This document shows, one piece after another, positions 38,341 to 47,299 of a DNA stretch of 64,000 nucleotides. The DNA comes from a virus. The notes beneath the pieces are model-generated. The model was not told where the DNA came from and made no database searches. It saw nothing but the letters and a program-made list of their open reading frames with translations. The stretch is taken from IMG/VR virus record IMGVR_UViG_3300035698_018106, positions 38,717-102,716 of that record, one strand, 5' to 3'. A program made the position numbers and the translations under genes. Numbering within the stretch: the first letter of the stretch is position 1; every line of letters begins with the position of its first letter.

Positions 38341-38408
38341 AACGATATATGTTTTATATGTTTTATATGTTTAAAGTTTATATGTGATATTAATATTAAG
38401 ATTTCAAT

Positions 38409-38681
38409 CTATTCCCATAAATGCTTAAGTATTTTAAAGTTAGAGTATTTTAATTTTTCAATATATCCTTTATTAATTAATGATTGTAGATCTTCATTTA
38501 TATCAGATGCTACTCTAACTCTTGTAAATAAAGAAACTTCTCTTAATTTAAACTCACCATCATATCTTTTTGAATTATCAAGAAATTGAACTATCTCAAA
38601 TAGTAAATCTTCTATCATTGGATATTCAATAATACCAATAAGATTTTTTATTTTAACACTATTCTTTTGTATTGACTTCAT
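38409..38681 (-). CDS. Hypothetical protein
   Basis: 90 aa ORF. Confidence 0.35.
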   Translation of the reverse strand: MKSIQKNSVKIKNLIGIIEYPMIEDLLFEIVQFLDNSKRYDGEFKLREVSLFTRVRVASDINEDLQSLINKGYIEKLKYSNFKILKHLWE

Positions 38682-38699
38682 ATATGTTTATTCTTTATA

Positions 38700-38738
38700 A
38701 TGACAAAAAAGGCTAGAGTTTTCTCTAGCCTTTTTAAA
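38700..38738. terminator. Terminator-plus-promoter-like cassette
   Basis: ATGACAAAAAA-GGCTAGAG-TTTTC-CTCTAGCC-TTTTT. Compensatory stem changes relative to the 29640 copy. Confidence 0.65.
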
Positions 38739-38781
38739 GTTTGTTAAATTTATTTATTTTATTTTATTTTTAACTTATTTT

Positions 38782-40179
38782 TTAATCGTCTGTTTCTTCA
38801 ACTTGATCATGATCACCAGCTTCTAATTCTCTATCATCCATTTCAGTTCCGGCTAAATCTTCTGTTACATCAACTAAATCTTCTAATGATTCAATAGAAG
38901 GTAGCATAAATGTAGGTTTGATTGTAGTTTCATCTAATTCTCTAAGTACTTCTTCAGAAAATACTTCTGGTGTATAAAGATTTCCTAATGGTACCTCTCC
39001 ACCTAAATGTTTACATACTAAAGTTCTCGCTGTATCTCTTGGTTGAGCATATTTCACAACATGTTCTTTTACAAAATTATCGCCATCAATTACAATCACT
39101 TTCTTTTTGTCTTTTTCATTTAATTTTTTGAAAGCTACACTTGAAAGTTTAACATTTTCATCTGTTTCAAATTTATGACAATTCGCTTGTTCTTTTTCAG
39201 ATAATTTTAAATATTCTTTTTCAGATAATGCTTTACCTCTAACAATTCCACAATTTTCCCAAGATACAAACTTTTCTAATCCAACATAAGGATTAGGTTT
39301 CTTATAAAAAGGAATATGAATTTGAGTTTTAATAGGTCTAGCAAATCGTTGCTTAGTTGGGGATACGGTTACCACAATTCCAACTTTAGTATGTTTATCT
39401 AAACCTTTCTTTTCAACCTGTTCTTCTGAATCTTTATCAGTTAACTTAGATTTAGTTAACATAAAAATCATAGATGAATTATATTTAAGTCCACCACCAC
39501 CAGAAACAGTATTACCACCGAAAAATGAACCAATTGACGCATATACGTGGTTACAAATAATAAAAGGGACAGCATTCTTAGCAAAATCAGTACCTACAAC
39601 TCTAAACGTTCTACGAATAGCTTGTTGTTTAGTCATATCTCTTTTATTAGAACCTTCTGTAGTATCTTCTTTTTCTTTTGTGGATGAAAGGTTTCCTAAT
39701 GAATCTAATACTACTATAACCTTTGGGGGGATGTCACCTTTTTCTCTTATAGCACTGAGCGTTTCATTTAACTTTGCTGTTAGATGAGCAAATTGTTCAA
39801 TCGTAGAAATATTTTCTATTCGTATTTTAGAAGTATCAATTCCTAATCGTTTTGCAAAATCAATATCAATACCGCCTTCGGAATCATAGTATACTACAAA
39901 ATATCCCATAGCCTGAGCATTTCTGCATATACTCATTGCTAAGTATGTTTTACCTGTTCCTTCTTCTCCTGCAAAAGTTAAAGATCTTCTATTTGGCATT
40001 CCACCAAATAAGGAACCACTTAATGCAGCATTTAAAATATAAGGACCGGTTGGGATAAATTCATCTATTCTAGCATATATACTTTTTTCTAGAATATCTC
40101 CATCAGGAGAAAAAACACTTAGTGCATCATTAAGTTCACTAAATGAAACAGTTTTTTTATTTGCATTCTTTTTAGCCAT
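38782..40179 (-). CDS. uvsX: RecA-like recombinase UvsX
   Basis: Walker A TFAGEEGTGKT and DSLGNLSSTKEKED (compare T4 DSLGNLASKKETED). Acidic C-terminal tail. Confidence 0.8.
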   Translation of the reverse strand: MAKKNANKKTVSFSELNDALSVFSPDGDILEKSIYARIDEFIPTGPYILNAALSGSLFGGMPNRRSLTFAGEEGTGKTYLAMSICRNAQAMGYFVVYYDSEGGIDIDFAKRLGIDTSKIRIENISTIEQFAHLTAKLNETLSAIREKGDIPPKVIVVLDSLGNLSSTKEKEDTTEGSNKRDMTKQQAIRRTFRVVGTDFAKNAVPFIICNHVYASIGSFFGGNTVSGGGGLKYNSSMIFMLTKSKLTDKDSEEQVEKKGLDKHTKVGIVVTVSPTKQRFARPIKTQIHIPFYKKPNPYVGLEKFVSWENCGIVRGKALSEKEYLKLSEKEQANCHKFETDENVKLSSVAFKKLNEKDKKKVIVIDGDNFVKEHVVKYAQPRDTARTLVCKHLGGEVPLGNLYTPEVFSEEVLRELDETTIKPTFMLPSIESLEDLVDVTEDLAGTEMDDRELEAGDHDQVEETDD

Positions 40180-40229
40180 ATTTTACATATTATTTTATAT
40201 CTTATATGTAAAATTACCTATAAAGATTT

Positions 40230-40679
40230 CTAATCTAATAAGTCTATTAATGATGCAAATCTTCCAAAAATTCGTTTTTTAGCATCTTCTTTATTAACAA
40301 AACCTACCCAATCTACTTCCTCGAATTGAGGTTTAAAATCTATTGAATTAATTTTTTTAGATGGATATACGACAAAATAATATACTCGTTTAAAGATTCT
40401 GCCAGAACTATTTGTATAATTTATGATACCATTATTCGTTAGAGAAATATCTTTTCTTTTTATCTTTATACCTGTTTCTTCTTTTGTTTCTCTAATAGCT
40501 GCATCTAATGGATCTTCTTTTTTATCTACTCCTCCTTTTGGAATAGAATAAGTTTTATACCAAGGAGAATTAGTAGGATGTACTAATAGAATTTTATTAT
40601 CTTGAATCACTACTAAACCAGCCGAAATCTTTATTCCTTTTTTGTTTTTCACTTCGTATAATTTTTCTAACTTTGACAT
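40230..40679 (-). CDS. Nudix hydrolase (second copy)
   Basis: PKGGVDKKEDPLDAAIRETKEETGI Nudix box. Confidence 0.75.
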   Translation of the reverse strand: MSKLEKLYEVKNKKGIKISAGLVVIQDNKILLVHPTNSPWYKTYSIPKGGVDKKEDPLDAAIRETKEETGIKIKRKDISLTNNGIINYTNSSGRIFKRVYYFVVYPSKKINSIDFKPQFEEVDWVGFVNKEDAKKRIFGRFASLIDLLD

Positions 40680-40680
40680 T

Positions 40681-41409
40681 TTATAAACTCCTTAAAATTT
40701 CTTCTTCAAGTATTCCCATAGATTTCTTGTACATTATCATACAGATTTCATACAAATTGTAAGGTCTCCATATACCTATTCTATCTATTCCAACGTCAAA
40801 TGATAATTTATCTTGTCCTTCTAATTGTCTACAGTGAACATGCCCAAATAATGACCAAGTCCCATGTACTCTTCTATTCCATGTCAACATAGGATAGTGA
40901 CAAAGTACTATATGGATTTTAATACCAGCAGTTTTGTTATTATAAGTAAAATCTTTAATTTTAGTAATTTCGCCAAATCTTGTAGACTTCCTAATATTTT
41001 GATCATGATTGCCTTCAATTAATCGCTTATCACCATTTAATCTATCAAGAAATTTATCGCTAGCTATTTTATTAGCCATTGTAACATCTCCTAAAATATA
41101 AAGAGTATCTTTTCTACCAACAGTATTATTAATAACATCTTTGATAATCCACTCATCATTTCGTGGATTTATAAAAGACTTATATTGTTTACTATTTAAG
41201 ATTTTATAATCAGGTGATTTGATTAATTCTTCCTTTTCTAAATTAGATAATATTATTTTTTCTTCTTGAGAAAGATAAACAGGCCTATTACATATGTCTA
41301 CTATCTTTGGATGTTGGGCATGTAAATCTGCTGTAAACCATATAGATTCCATTTCTTTTTTTACATCCGAAGTTATTTTATCTAAAATATCTACTTTTAT
41401 ATCTTTCAT
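40681..41409 (-). CDS. Calcineurin-like metallophosphoesterase
   Basis: DLHAQHP, GDVTM, GNHD and HVH motifs. Confidence 0.6.
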   Translation of the reverse strand: MKDIKVDILDKITSDVKKEMESIWFTADLHAQHPKIVDICNRPVYLSQEEKIILSNLEKEELIKSPDYKILNSKQYKSFINPRNDEWIIKDVINNTVGRKDTLYILGDVTMANKIASDKFLDRLNGDKRLIEGNHDQNIRKSTRFGEITKIKDFTYNNKTAGIKIHIVLCHYPMLTWNRRVHGTWSLFGHVHCRQLEGQDKLSFDVGIDRIGIWRPYNLYEICMIMYKKSMGILEEEILRSL

Positions 41410-41432
41410 TTGTTCTATTATATAAATGTATA

Positions 41433-41654
41433 TTACATTCTACTGCTTCCTTGACCGTTTGATCTCCAAGGGTGAGCAAATACATAATCAAGTTGTTCTT
41501 TAAAATCATCTACCTCTTGATCAGATAAATGTTGAGTTTTACTATTAATAAAACTGATTACATCAATAACTAATTCACTGTATTTTACTGAATTTTCATC
41601 AAAACCTTCTGAAATATTGTTAGGTTTTAAACCTGCTCGTACTAATTTTTTCAT
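41433..41654 (-). CDS. Hypothetical protein
   Basis: 73 aa ORF. Confidence 0.3.
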   Translation of the reverse strand: MKKLVRAGLKPNNISEGFDENSVKYSELVIDVISFINSKTQHLSDQEVDDFKEQLDYVFAHPWRSNGQGSSRM

Positions 41655-41815
41655 ATTTATTTTTATTTTATATATTTAAATGTTCCACTCATAATAATCC
41701 CAGACAGATGGATCATCTCTAAATATATCTTTCTGACGAGTGGTGCAATCTTCTAACAATATCCCTTTTTTATCTAGGAATTCTTTAATTAAATTTGATT
41801 TAAACATAATATCTA

Positions 41816-42991
41816 TTAAAATAATGAACGCGCATATATTAAATTTCCAGGAACTTTATTAAATCCAGCAGATGTCATAAATCTATTAAAAGGTTCAATT
41901 ATAATTTTTTCAAATTGTAAATCATAATCTACATCAGGGGCAATTTCAAATGGATAATTTCCAGGTAAGAAACCAAATGTCCCTTGATCATTTTTAGCAT
42001 AAAAATACTTTAATTTATCACCTGTTCTAATTAAATTATATTTAGTTTTCCATTTAGTATTTAATAACGAATTGTTATAAATAGCTGCAGATCTAACATT
42101 TATAGGACATTTTGGAGCTAATCTAATTTCTTTTCTATCTTCTAAAACATATTTTTCATAATCTCCTATTGATACAGTTTTTGCTATATCATTAGGATCT
42201 TGTAATAAAAATTGTTTTTTATATTCTTTGAGTTTTTTTACTATTTCTGAATATTCTAATTTATCATTTTTTTCAAAAATCTCATTAAGCATTGCTTTTA
42301 ATACCTTTCTAGAAAATGCCGGAGTAGATCCTTGTACAACTTCAACACCAACTGGAGTTATTTTTTGTTGTGGTTTAAAAGAAATTCCAGGATCTTTCCA
42401 TGCTAAATCTAAGATATATTTTTTCTTAGCAACCATAAGAGCAGAATATGAAATTTTCTCTAATTCTAAATCTTGTAAGTTTTTAGTATTAAATTGTGCC
42501 GCATATTCATCAAATTTTACTTTAATATATCCTTCTAATCTTAATTCTTTAATTTTTAATATAAGATCTTTTGGATCTCCTTTCCAGTCACAAGATTTCA
42601 CAATTGGATCTAATGTAACATATGTTGAATCTGTATCATTATAAATTACTATAGTTGATGCTTGTACTTTATTAGCATATGTTAAACCAAGTTTTTCATG
42701 TAATGATTTATCTAAATGCCATTTGTTTAAAAAATAATCATCTAGAAAATCATTAGCATATTTAATCATATTTTGACCTTGAAGCGTAACAGCTTCAGCT
42801 AATGCAACATTATAACATTCAAACCAAGGAGATCCAACACCACCATAAATTGAATTAATAAAGATTTTAATAGATTGCTCTAGATTAAAATATTCTTCTT
42901 TCAAAGATTTAAGTCTATTTATTTCTAGATCTAATTCTTCAATAGAACAATTATATGGATCTATTTTTACTAATTCAAATTCAAAACTCAT
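41816..42991 (-). CDS. Family B DNA polymerase C-terminal fragment (palm motifs B and C plus thumb)
   Basis: KIFINSIYG (motif B, Kx3NSxYG), YNDTDS (motif C, YGDTDS) and KKKY (KKRY). No motif A and no exonuclease domain. Confidence 0.75.
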   Translation of the reverse strand: MSFEFELVKIDPYNCSIEELDLEINRLKSLKEEYFNLEQSIKIFINSIYGGVGSPWFECYNVALAEAVTLQGQNMIKYANDFLDDYFLNKWHLDKSLHEKLGLTYANKVQASTIVIYNDTDSTYVTLDPIVKSCDWKGDPKDLILKIKELRLEGYIKVKFDEYAAQFNTKNLQDLELEKISYSALMVAKKKYILDLAWKDPGISFKPQQKITPVGVEVVQGSTPAFSRKVLKAMLNEIFEKNDKLEYSEIVKKLKEYKKQFLLQDPNDIAKTVSIGDYEKYVLEDRKEIRLAPKCPINVRSAAIYNNSLLNTKWKTKYNLIRTGDKLKYFYAKNDQGTFGFLPGNYPFEIAPDVDYDLQFEKIIIEPFNRFMTSAGFNKVPGNLIYARSLF

Positions 42992-43040
42992 AATCTATTT
43001 TTAATTTATTATTGAAAAATAGACTATAAGTTTCAAAAGA

Positions 43041-43220
43041 TTAATTAAGACTTATGTTAATTTTTGAACCATTACCTGGATTCCATACGATAAAAAGTCT
43101 ATGGCCACACCTTTTACTCTCAAATGCAGCAATAGCAGCCAACCTCATGTATTCATATGGGGTAATATGTCCATTTTTAAGATAGAGCTTAATATCACCA
43201 CTTAAATTATTTTTTTCCAT
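43041..43220 (-). CDS. Possible small ORF (59 aa), absent from the ORF track
   Basis: MEKNNLSGDIKLYLKNGHITPYEYMRLAAIAAFESKRCGHRLF... Confidence 0.2.
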   Translation of the reverse strand: MEKNNLSGDIKLYLKNGHITPYEYMRLAAIAAFESKRCGHRLFIVWNPGNGSKINISLN

Positions 43221-43286
43221 AATTGGTTTATTTATAATGGCAATATAACCAATTAATGTTAATTAAAAAATGTTAATTACAAATAT

Positions 43287-44066
43287 TTACTCTAATGTAT
43301 TTAATACTTCTAACACTTTTGGTATGATTTTATTTCTAACACATTCTTCGTTTACAAATTCAACTGTGCCAACAAAATCGTGTGGTTCAAATCCAGAGTG
43401 CACTTTCTGTAAACATGATGTATTCTTAGCTTTTCTATCGATTTGCTCAGTGTCACCAATAAATATCATTTTACTATTTCTACCTATGCGGGTAATTATA
43501 GTTTTAAATGTATGCATATCTATATTCTGAGTTTCATCAATTATAATAATTGAATTATCTAGAGTATTACCTCTAATAAAAGCAATAGGTTCAACACCAA
43601 TGGTTCCATCTGCTATAAGTGCCTTAGTAACACCTCTATCACCAAATATTTTATTTAAATTACCAGTATACGATGTCATATATGGTTCCATTTTTTCTTG
43701 TAAAGTTCCAGGAAGAAACCCTGTTTCTTCTCCTTGAATGGTTTGTAATGATTTAATTAGAATTATTCTTCTATATTGTGGACTTGTTTTTAAAATATGT
43801 AAAGCAGTTATTAAACTTAAATATGTCTTACCCGTTCCGGCAGGGCCTACACAAATTGTGATTTCATTATTCTCAATTGATTTTTTTAACTTCTTTTGTT
43901 TTTCATTTTCACATTTAATTTTTATGGGTATGTCGTTAATCTGAATTTTATTAGTACCTGTAGTTTTCTGTTTGCGATCAAGCCATTGGTTAACATCCTC
44001 GACGTCATCCTTGGATAAATTTTTCTTTTTTGCCATACAATACTTATTTTTAATTTTAGTTATCAC
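43287..44066 (-). CDS. phoH: PhoH-like ATPase
   Basis: VGPAGTGKTYL Walker A and DETQN Walker B. Classic PhoH layout. Confidence 0.85.
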   Translation of the reverse strand: MITKIKNKYCMAKKKNLSKDDVEDVNQWLDRKQKTTGTNKIQINDIPIKIKCENEKQKKLKKSIENNEITICVGPAGTGKTYLSLITALHILKTSPQYRRIILIKSLQTIQGEETGFLPGTLQEKMEPYMTSYTGNLNKIFGDRGVTKALIADGTIGVEPIAFIRGNTLDNSIIIIDETQNIDMHTFKTIITRIGRNSKMIFIGDTEQIDRKAKNTSCLQKVHSGFEPHDFVGTVEFVNEECVRNKIIPKVLEVLNTLE

Positions 44067-44130
44067 ATATGTGATATCCCATTTTAATATCTATTCAGGC
44101 TTAATAAACTTTAATATGAATGCAATGCGC

Positions 44131-45945
44131 TTATAATTCATCTAAATAACTATCATAAAAATTAGTTGTTTTATGTTCTTTCCATTTCTTAAATGTTTTA
44201 TCAACTGTTTGTTCATTCTTCCCTTCAGTGCGTCTATTTTTATTAACTATTTTTATAGCTTTTTGACTTATTGTATCAAATACATAATTTTCGAGCACAT
44301 CTATTTCTATGCGTTCGGGCTGAAACACCATAAAATAATCAACATTTGAGCTACTACTATATTCATTTCCTATATCATCCAAATCTAATTGTAATTGTAA
44401 AGGATCTTTAACATATTTAATAGACATTAATTCAGATATTTTTATTAAGTCTAGATTATTTCGCTTTATTTTAATTCTTCTAACTTTTTCTTTTCTAGAT
44501 TGTTTAATTTGTTGAATCTCTATAATTTCGGAATTAGCATTAGGACCTTTTAAAATAGCGTATGTAAAGTTAGTATTAGTAGAAATAATTTTTGAATATA
44601 AAAATTCATTAACTAAACAATAGAATACTTTTAGTATTGATATTTTACTAGAATTAACTTCACCTGCATCAATGGCTGAGCCAACTATTCTATTTTTTTG
44701 ATAAGGATTATCTGATGCAACTAATTCCCATACTTTAAATAAGTTATCATTAGCTTTTAAATTTTTAAGAGTTTTTTCTAGATTTTCTTTTCCATAATCA
44801 TTCATTATATCTCTAGCCATTTTTATAGTTCGCTCTATTTCTTTCCACCAGCTAAATCTAGTTAATGCCCCATGAGCTCCCAATCTTATAGATCCCCCTG
44901 CATCAGAATAATCCTTTAATTCATATGTTACATTATCAATGATAATATCGGCACCATCTTCTTCGTTTTTTATAGTAATATCATAAGATTCTGATCCTCC
45001 TGCAAATTTTGAATTTTGTACTAAATAAGCTATTAATACTTCACCCCTTCCCATTCCAGATGGTTCAGTTATCATAAGTACTTCTAAAAAACCTGCTCCT
45101 TTACTATTTTTATTAGTTTTACATACTATCTTGTCACTGTATGTGCCGTCTGTGTTAATATCTTTTAATGTATGAGAGTTATATTTACCAATGAATTCTA
45201 ACATGTCAGATAGCCAGATATCAATTTCTTCTGGACTATTTAATGCTAGTAATGTTAATCCTTTTTTTACTTTAAACTTTTCTCCAGGTTGTATAGTTTT
45301 AGCTATAACTTTTGATATTAAACTAAACAAAGTATTTAATTCTCCTACTATAGATTTGCCTCCAGATTCTGTAACATTTTTTATGAAACTATTCCACTCG
45401 TTGATTTTATTATTTTTTTTAAAAAAAGGAGAAATATTAGTTGGTATATAATATTCAGATTCAAAATTACCAGATTTAGTAGTAGATTTAGAAGAGGATT
45501 CTTCATTTTTAAGTTTTTCAACTTTTTCTGATATTTCTATTGAATTATTTAATAATTGATAATTCCAAAACTTTCCATATGTAGTAGAAATTGGAAATAA
45601 AGGTATTTTAAGTGGAACCCATCCAGAAGGAGTTTTTCTTTTTAATTCTCGCTTTGCTTTATCAGAATTAATTTTAATATTATCTAACACATCAGAAACA
45701 TTTAAATTAGTTTCGCTAGTTATAAAATTAGATATATGTTTCCTATGATTCCTAGGAAATGTTAAAATATCATCCCATATAGATATGATATCATTTTTGC
45801 GTTTATTATTTACATGCACAATATCTCTAGATATTGGATCTATTAATATATTAGAGTTTATGGCTCCAACATATGTGCCTAATAATTTTTCAAATTTACC
45901 TTTTGGTAATTCTTCGGTTCCTGTGTTATTAATACAAAATGACAT
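44131..45945 (-). CDS. Large protein with a possible PD-(D/E)xK nuclease core
   Basis: GEVLIAYL...DIIIDNVTYELKDY gives an E...D...ELK pattern. The N-terminal 300 aa is unassigned. Confidence 0.3.
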   Translation of the reverse strand: MSFCINNTGTEELPKGKFEKLLGTYVGAINSNILIDPISRDIVHVNNKRKNDIISIWDDILTFPRNHRKHISNFITSETNLNVSDVLDNIKINSDKAKRELKRKTPSGWVPLKIPLFPISTTYGKFWNYQLLNNSIEISEKVEKLKNEESSSKSTTKSGNFESEYYIPTNISPFFKKNNKINEWNSFIKNVTESGGKSIVGELNTLFSLISKVIAKTIQPGEKFKVKKGLTLLALNSPEEIDIWLSDMLEFIGKYNSHTLKDINTDGTYSDKIVCKTNKNSKGAGFLEVLMITEPSGMGRGEVLIAYLVQNSKFAGGSESYDITIKNEEDGADIIIDNVTYELKDYSDAGGSIRLGAHGALTRFSWWKEIERTIKMARDIMNDYGKENLEKTLKNLKANDNLFKVWELVASDNPYQKNRIVGSAIDAGEVNSSKISILKVFYCLVNEFLYSKIISTNTNFTYAILKGPNANSEIIEIQQIKQSRKEKVRRIKIKRNNLDLIKISELMSIKYVKDPLQLQLDLDDIGNEYSSSSNVDYFMVFQPERIEIDVLENYVFDTISQKAIKIVNKNRRTEGKNEQTVDKTFKKWKEHKTTNFYDSYLDEL

Positions 45946-46076
45946 AAGTATAAATTTTAATTTGTTTTAAATTACTTTCATATGTATTATGATCTAATAC
46001 TAAAAAGTTTTTAAAAACAAATTAAAATTTATACTTATGTCATTTATAACGTATTATAGATTAAAGGATTAAACCT

Positions 46077-46859
46077 TTAGTCATCTTTTTCAACTCTGGA
46101 AATAACAGTAATAGTAGAAGTTTCTTCAGAAGAAAAAACTAATTTATCATCACCCATTTGAACATTATATTTCTCAGAATCAATAGATCCAAATTGATCT
46201 TTAAAAATACTTATTGAACTTTCTATAGGTGTTGGGGTTGTGATTGAATTTTCTCTAATCTTTAAATCAAAAGTTTTACCAGATACATATAGATTGTCTG
46301 AATTTTTAAATTCCATAAATTTATACTCATTATCTAGATTACATAATGCGTTAACTTGATCAATTGTTTCTGTTGTTAATTCAAATTTCGCATTAACATC
46401 ATCTAATAAAGCAATTACTCCTGAGAATAAATCATCAGTTATATAATTAAAAATATTAAGTGATGTACAATCAATATTCATTTTAAGATTTTTATTCTTA
46501 AGAATCATTGATAATCCAGCCCATTCAGTTGTTTCGCCTGTAATTTCATCATAATTAATAGTAAAAGAGAATTCTTCTCCTTCGAATTGATCCATTATCT
46601 TCATCAATCTCGAAATATTATAAATTCCAACTTTAACTCTATGAGGATCTGTAGAAGTTTTTACAGTTAATCCGGCCTCATCAAATCTAATTTTTGATAA
46701 TTTAACAACGGATCTTTCTTCATTGTACGTTTTTGCTATAAACTCGGAAGTATTTTCATCAATTTCAAGAAGAAGAGATGTATCGATAGAAGCAAATTTC
46801 TTAAGCCATGTAGAAAAGGCTTTCACATTTTTTGCTGTAAATTCTATTTTTTTTGGCAT
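46077..46859 (-). CDS. Possible sliding clamp (gp45-like)
   Basis: Acidic 260-aa protein in the replication module. Weak resemblance to the gp45 N-terminus. Confidence 0.3.
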   Translation of the reverse strand: MPKKIEFTAKNVKAFSTWLKKFASIDTSLLLEIDENTSEFIAKTYNEERSVVKLSKIRFDEAGLTVKTSTDPHRVKVGIYNISRLMKIMDQFEGEEFSFTINYDEITGETTEWAGLSMILKNKNLKMNIDCTSLNIFNYITDDLFSGVIALLDDVNAKFELTTETIDQVNALCNLDNEYKFMEFKNSDNLYVSGKTFDLKIRENSITTPTPIESSISIFKDQFGSIDSEKYNVQMGDDKLVFSSEETSTITVISRVEKDD

Positions 46860-46926
46860 GTTGTAATAATTATTTATTGTTTAAATATTATATCAACAAC
46901 ATATTAAAAGGATTCATTTATAACAA

Positions 46927-46951
46927 AAAAAGTCCTAATTTAATAAATTAG
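46927..46951. terminator. Palindromic terminator hairpin, followed on the minus strand by TTTTTTTGTTATAAATG
   Basis: AGTCCTAATTTA-A-TAAATTAGGACT flanked by A7 and T5. Confidence 0.65.
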
Positions 46952-46978
46952 GACTTTTTAATTTTTATTGGATAATAT

Positions 46979-47272
46979 TTATATTCTGTTTGTATCTGAT
47001 AATGCATCAGCATCAGGATATTTTGCAAGAATTTCATAGCCGGTTTCTGCAGCATCTTTAAGATCTGATATAGGAATTCTTTTATCATACCATTCCTCTT
47101 CACCATCTTCCATTAAATAATCTTGTTCAACTTGATACCATTCTTCTTCAGCTTCTTCATCTCCACTAGATCCTATCTGATATGATATTGATTCTATCGA
47201 GGAAATATATTCAAATCTTTTTTGTGGTATAACATTTTCTATTAATGATTCTTTTACTAATTTTGCTTTCAT
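46979..47272 (-). CDS. Acidic protein with MKAKLVKESL leader
   Basis: The first 31 nt match 7351..7381 at 30 of 31 positions. Confidence 0.5.
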   Translation of the reverse strand: MKAKLVKESLIENVIPQKRFEYISSIESISYQIGSSGDEEAEEEWYQVEQDYLMEDGEEEWYDKRIPISDLKDAAETGYEILAKYPDADALSDTNRI

Positions 47273-47299
47273 AATTTTTACTTATATTATTTATGTTAT

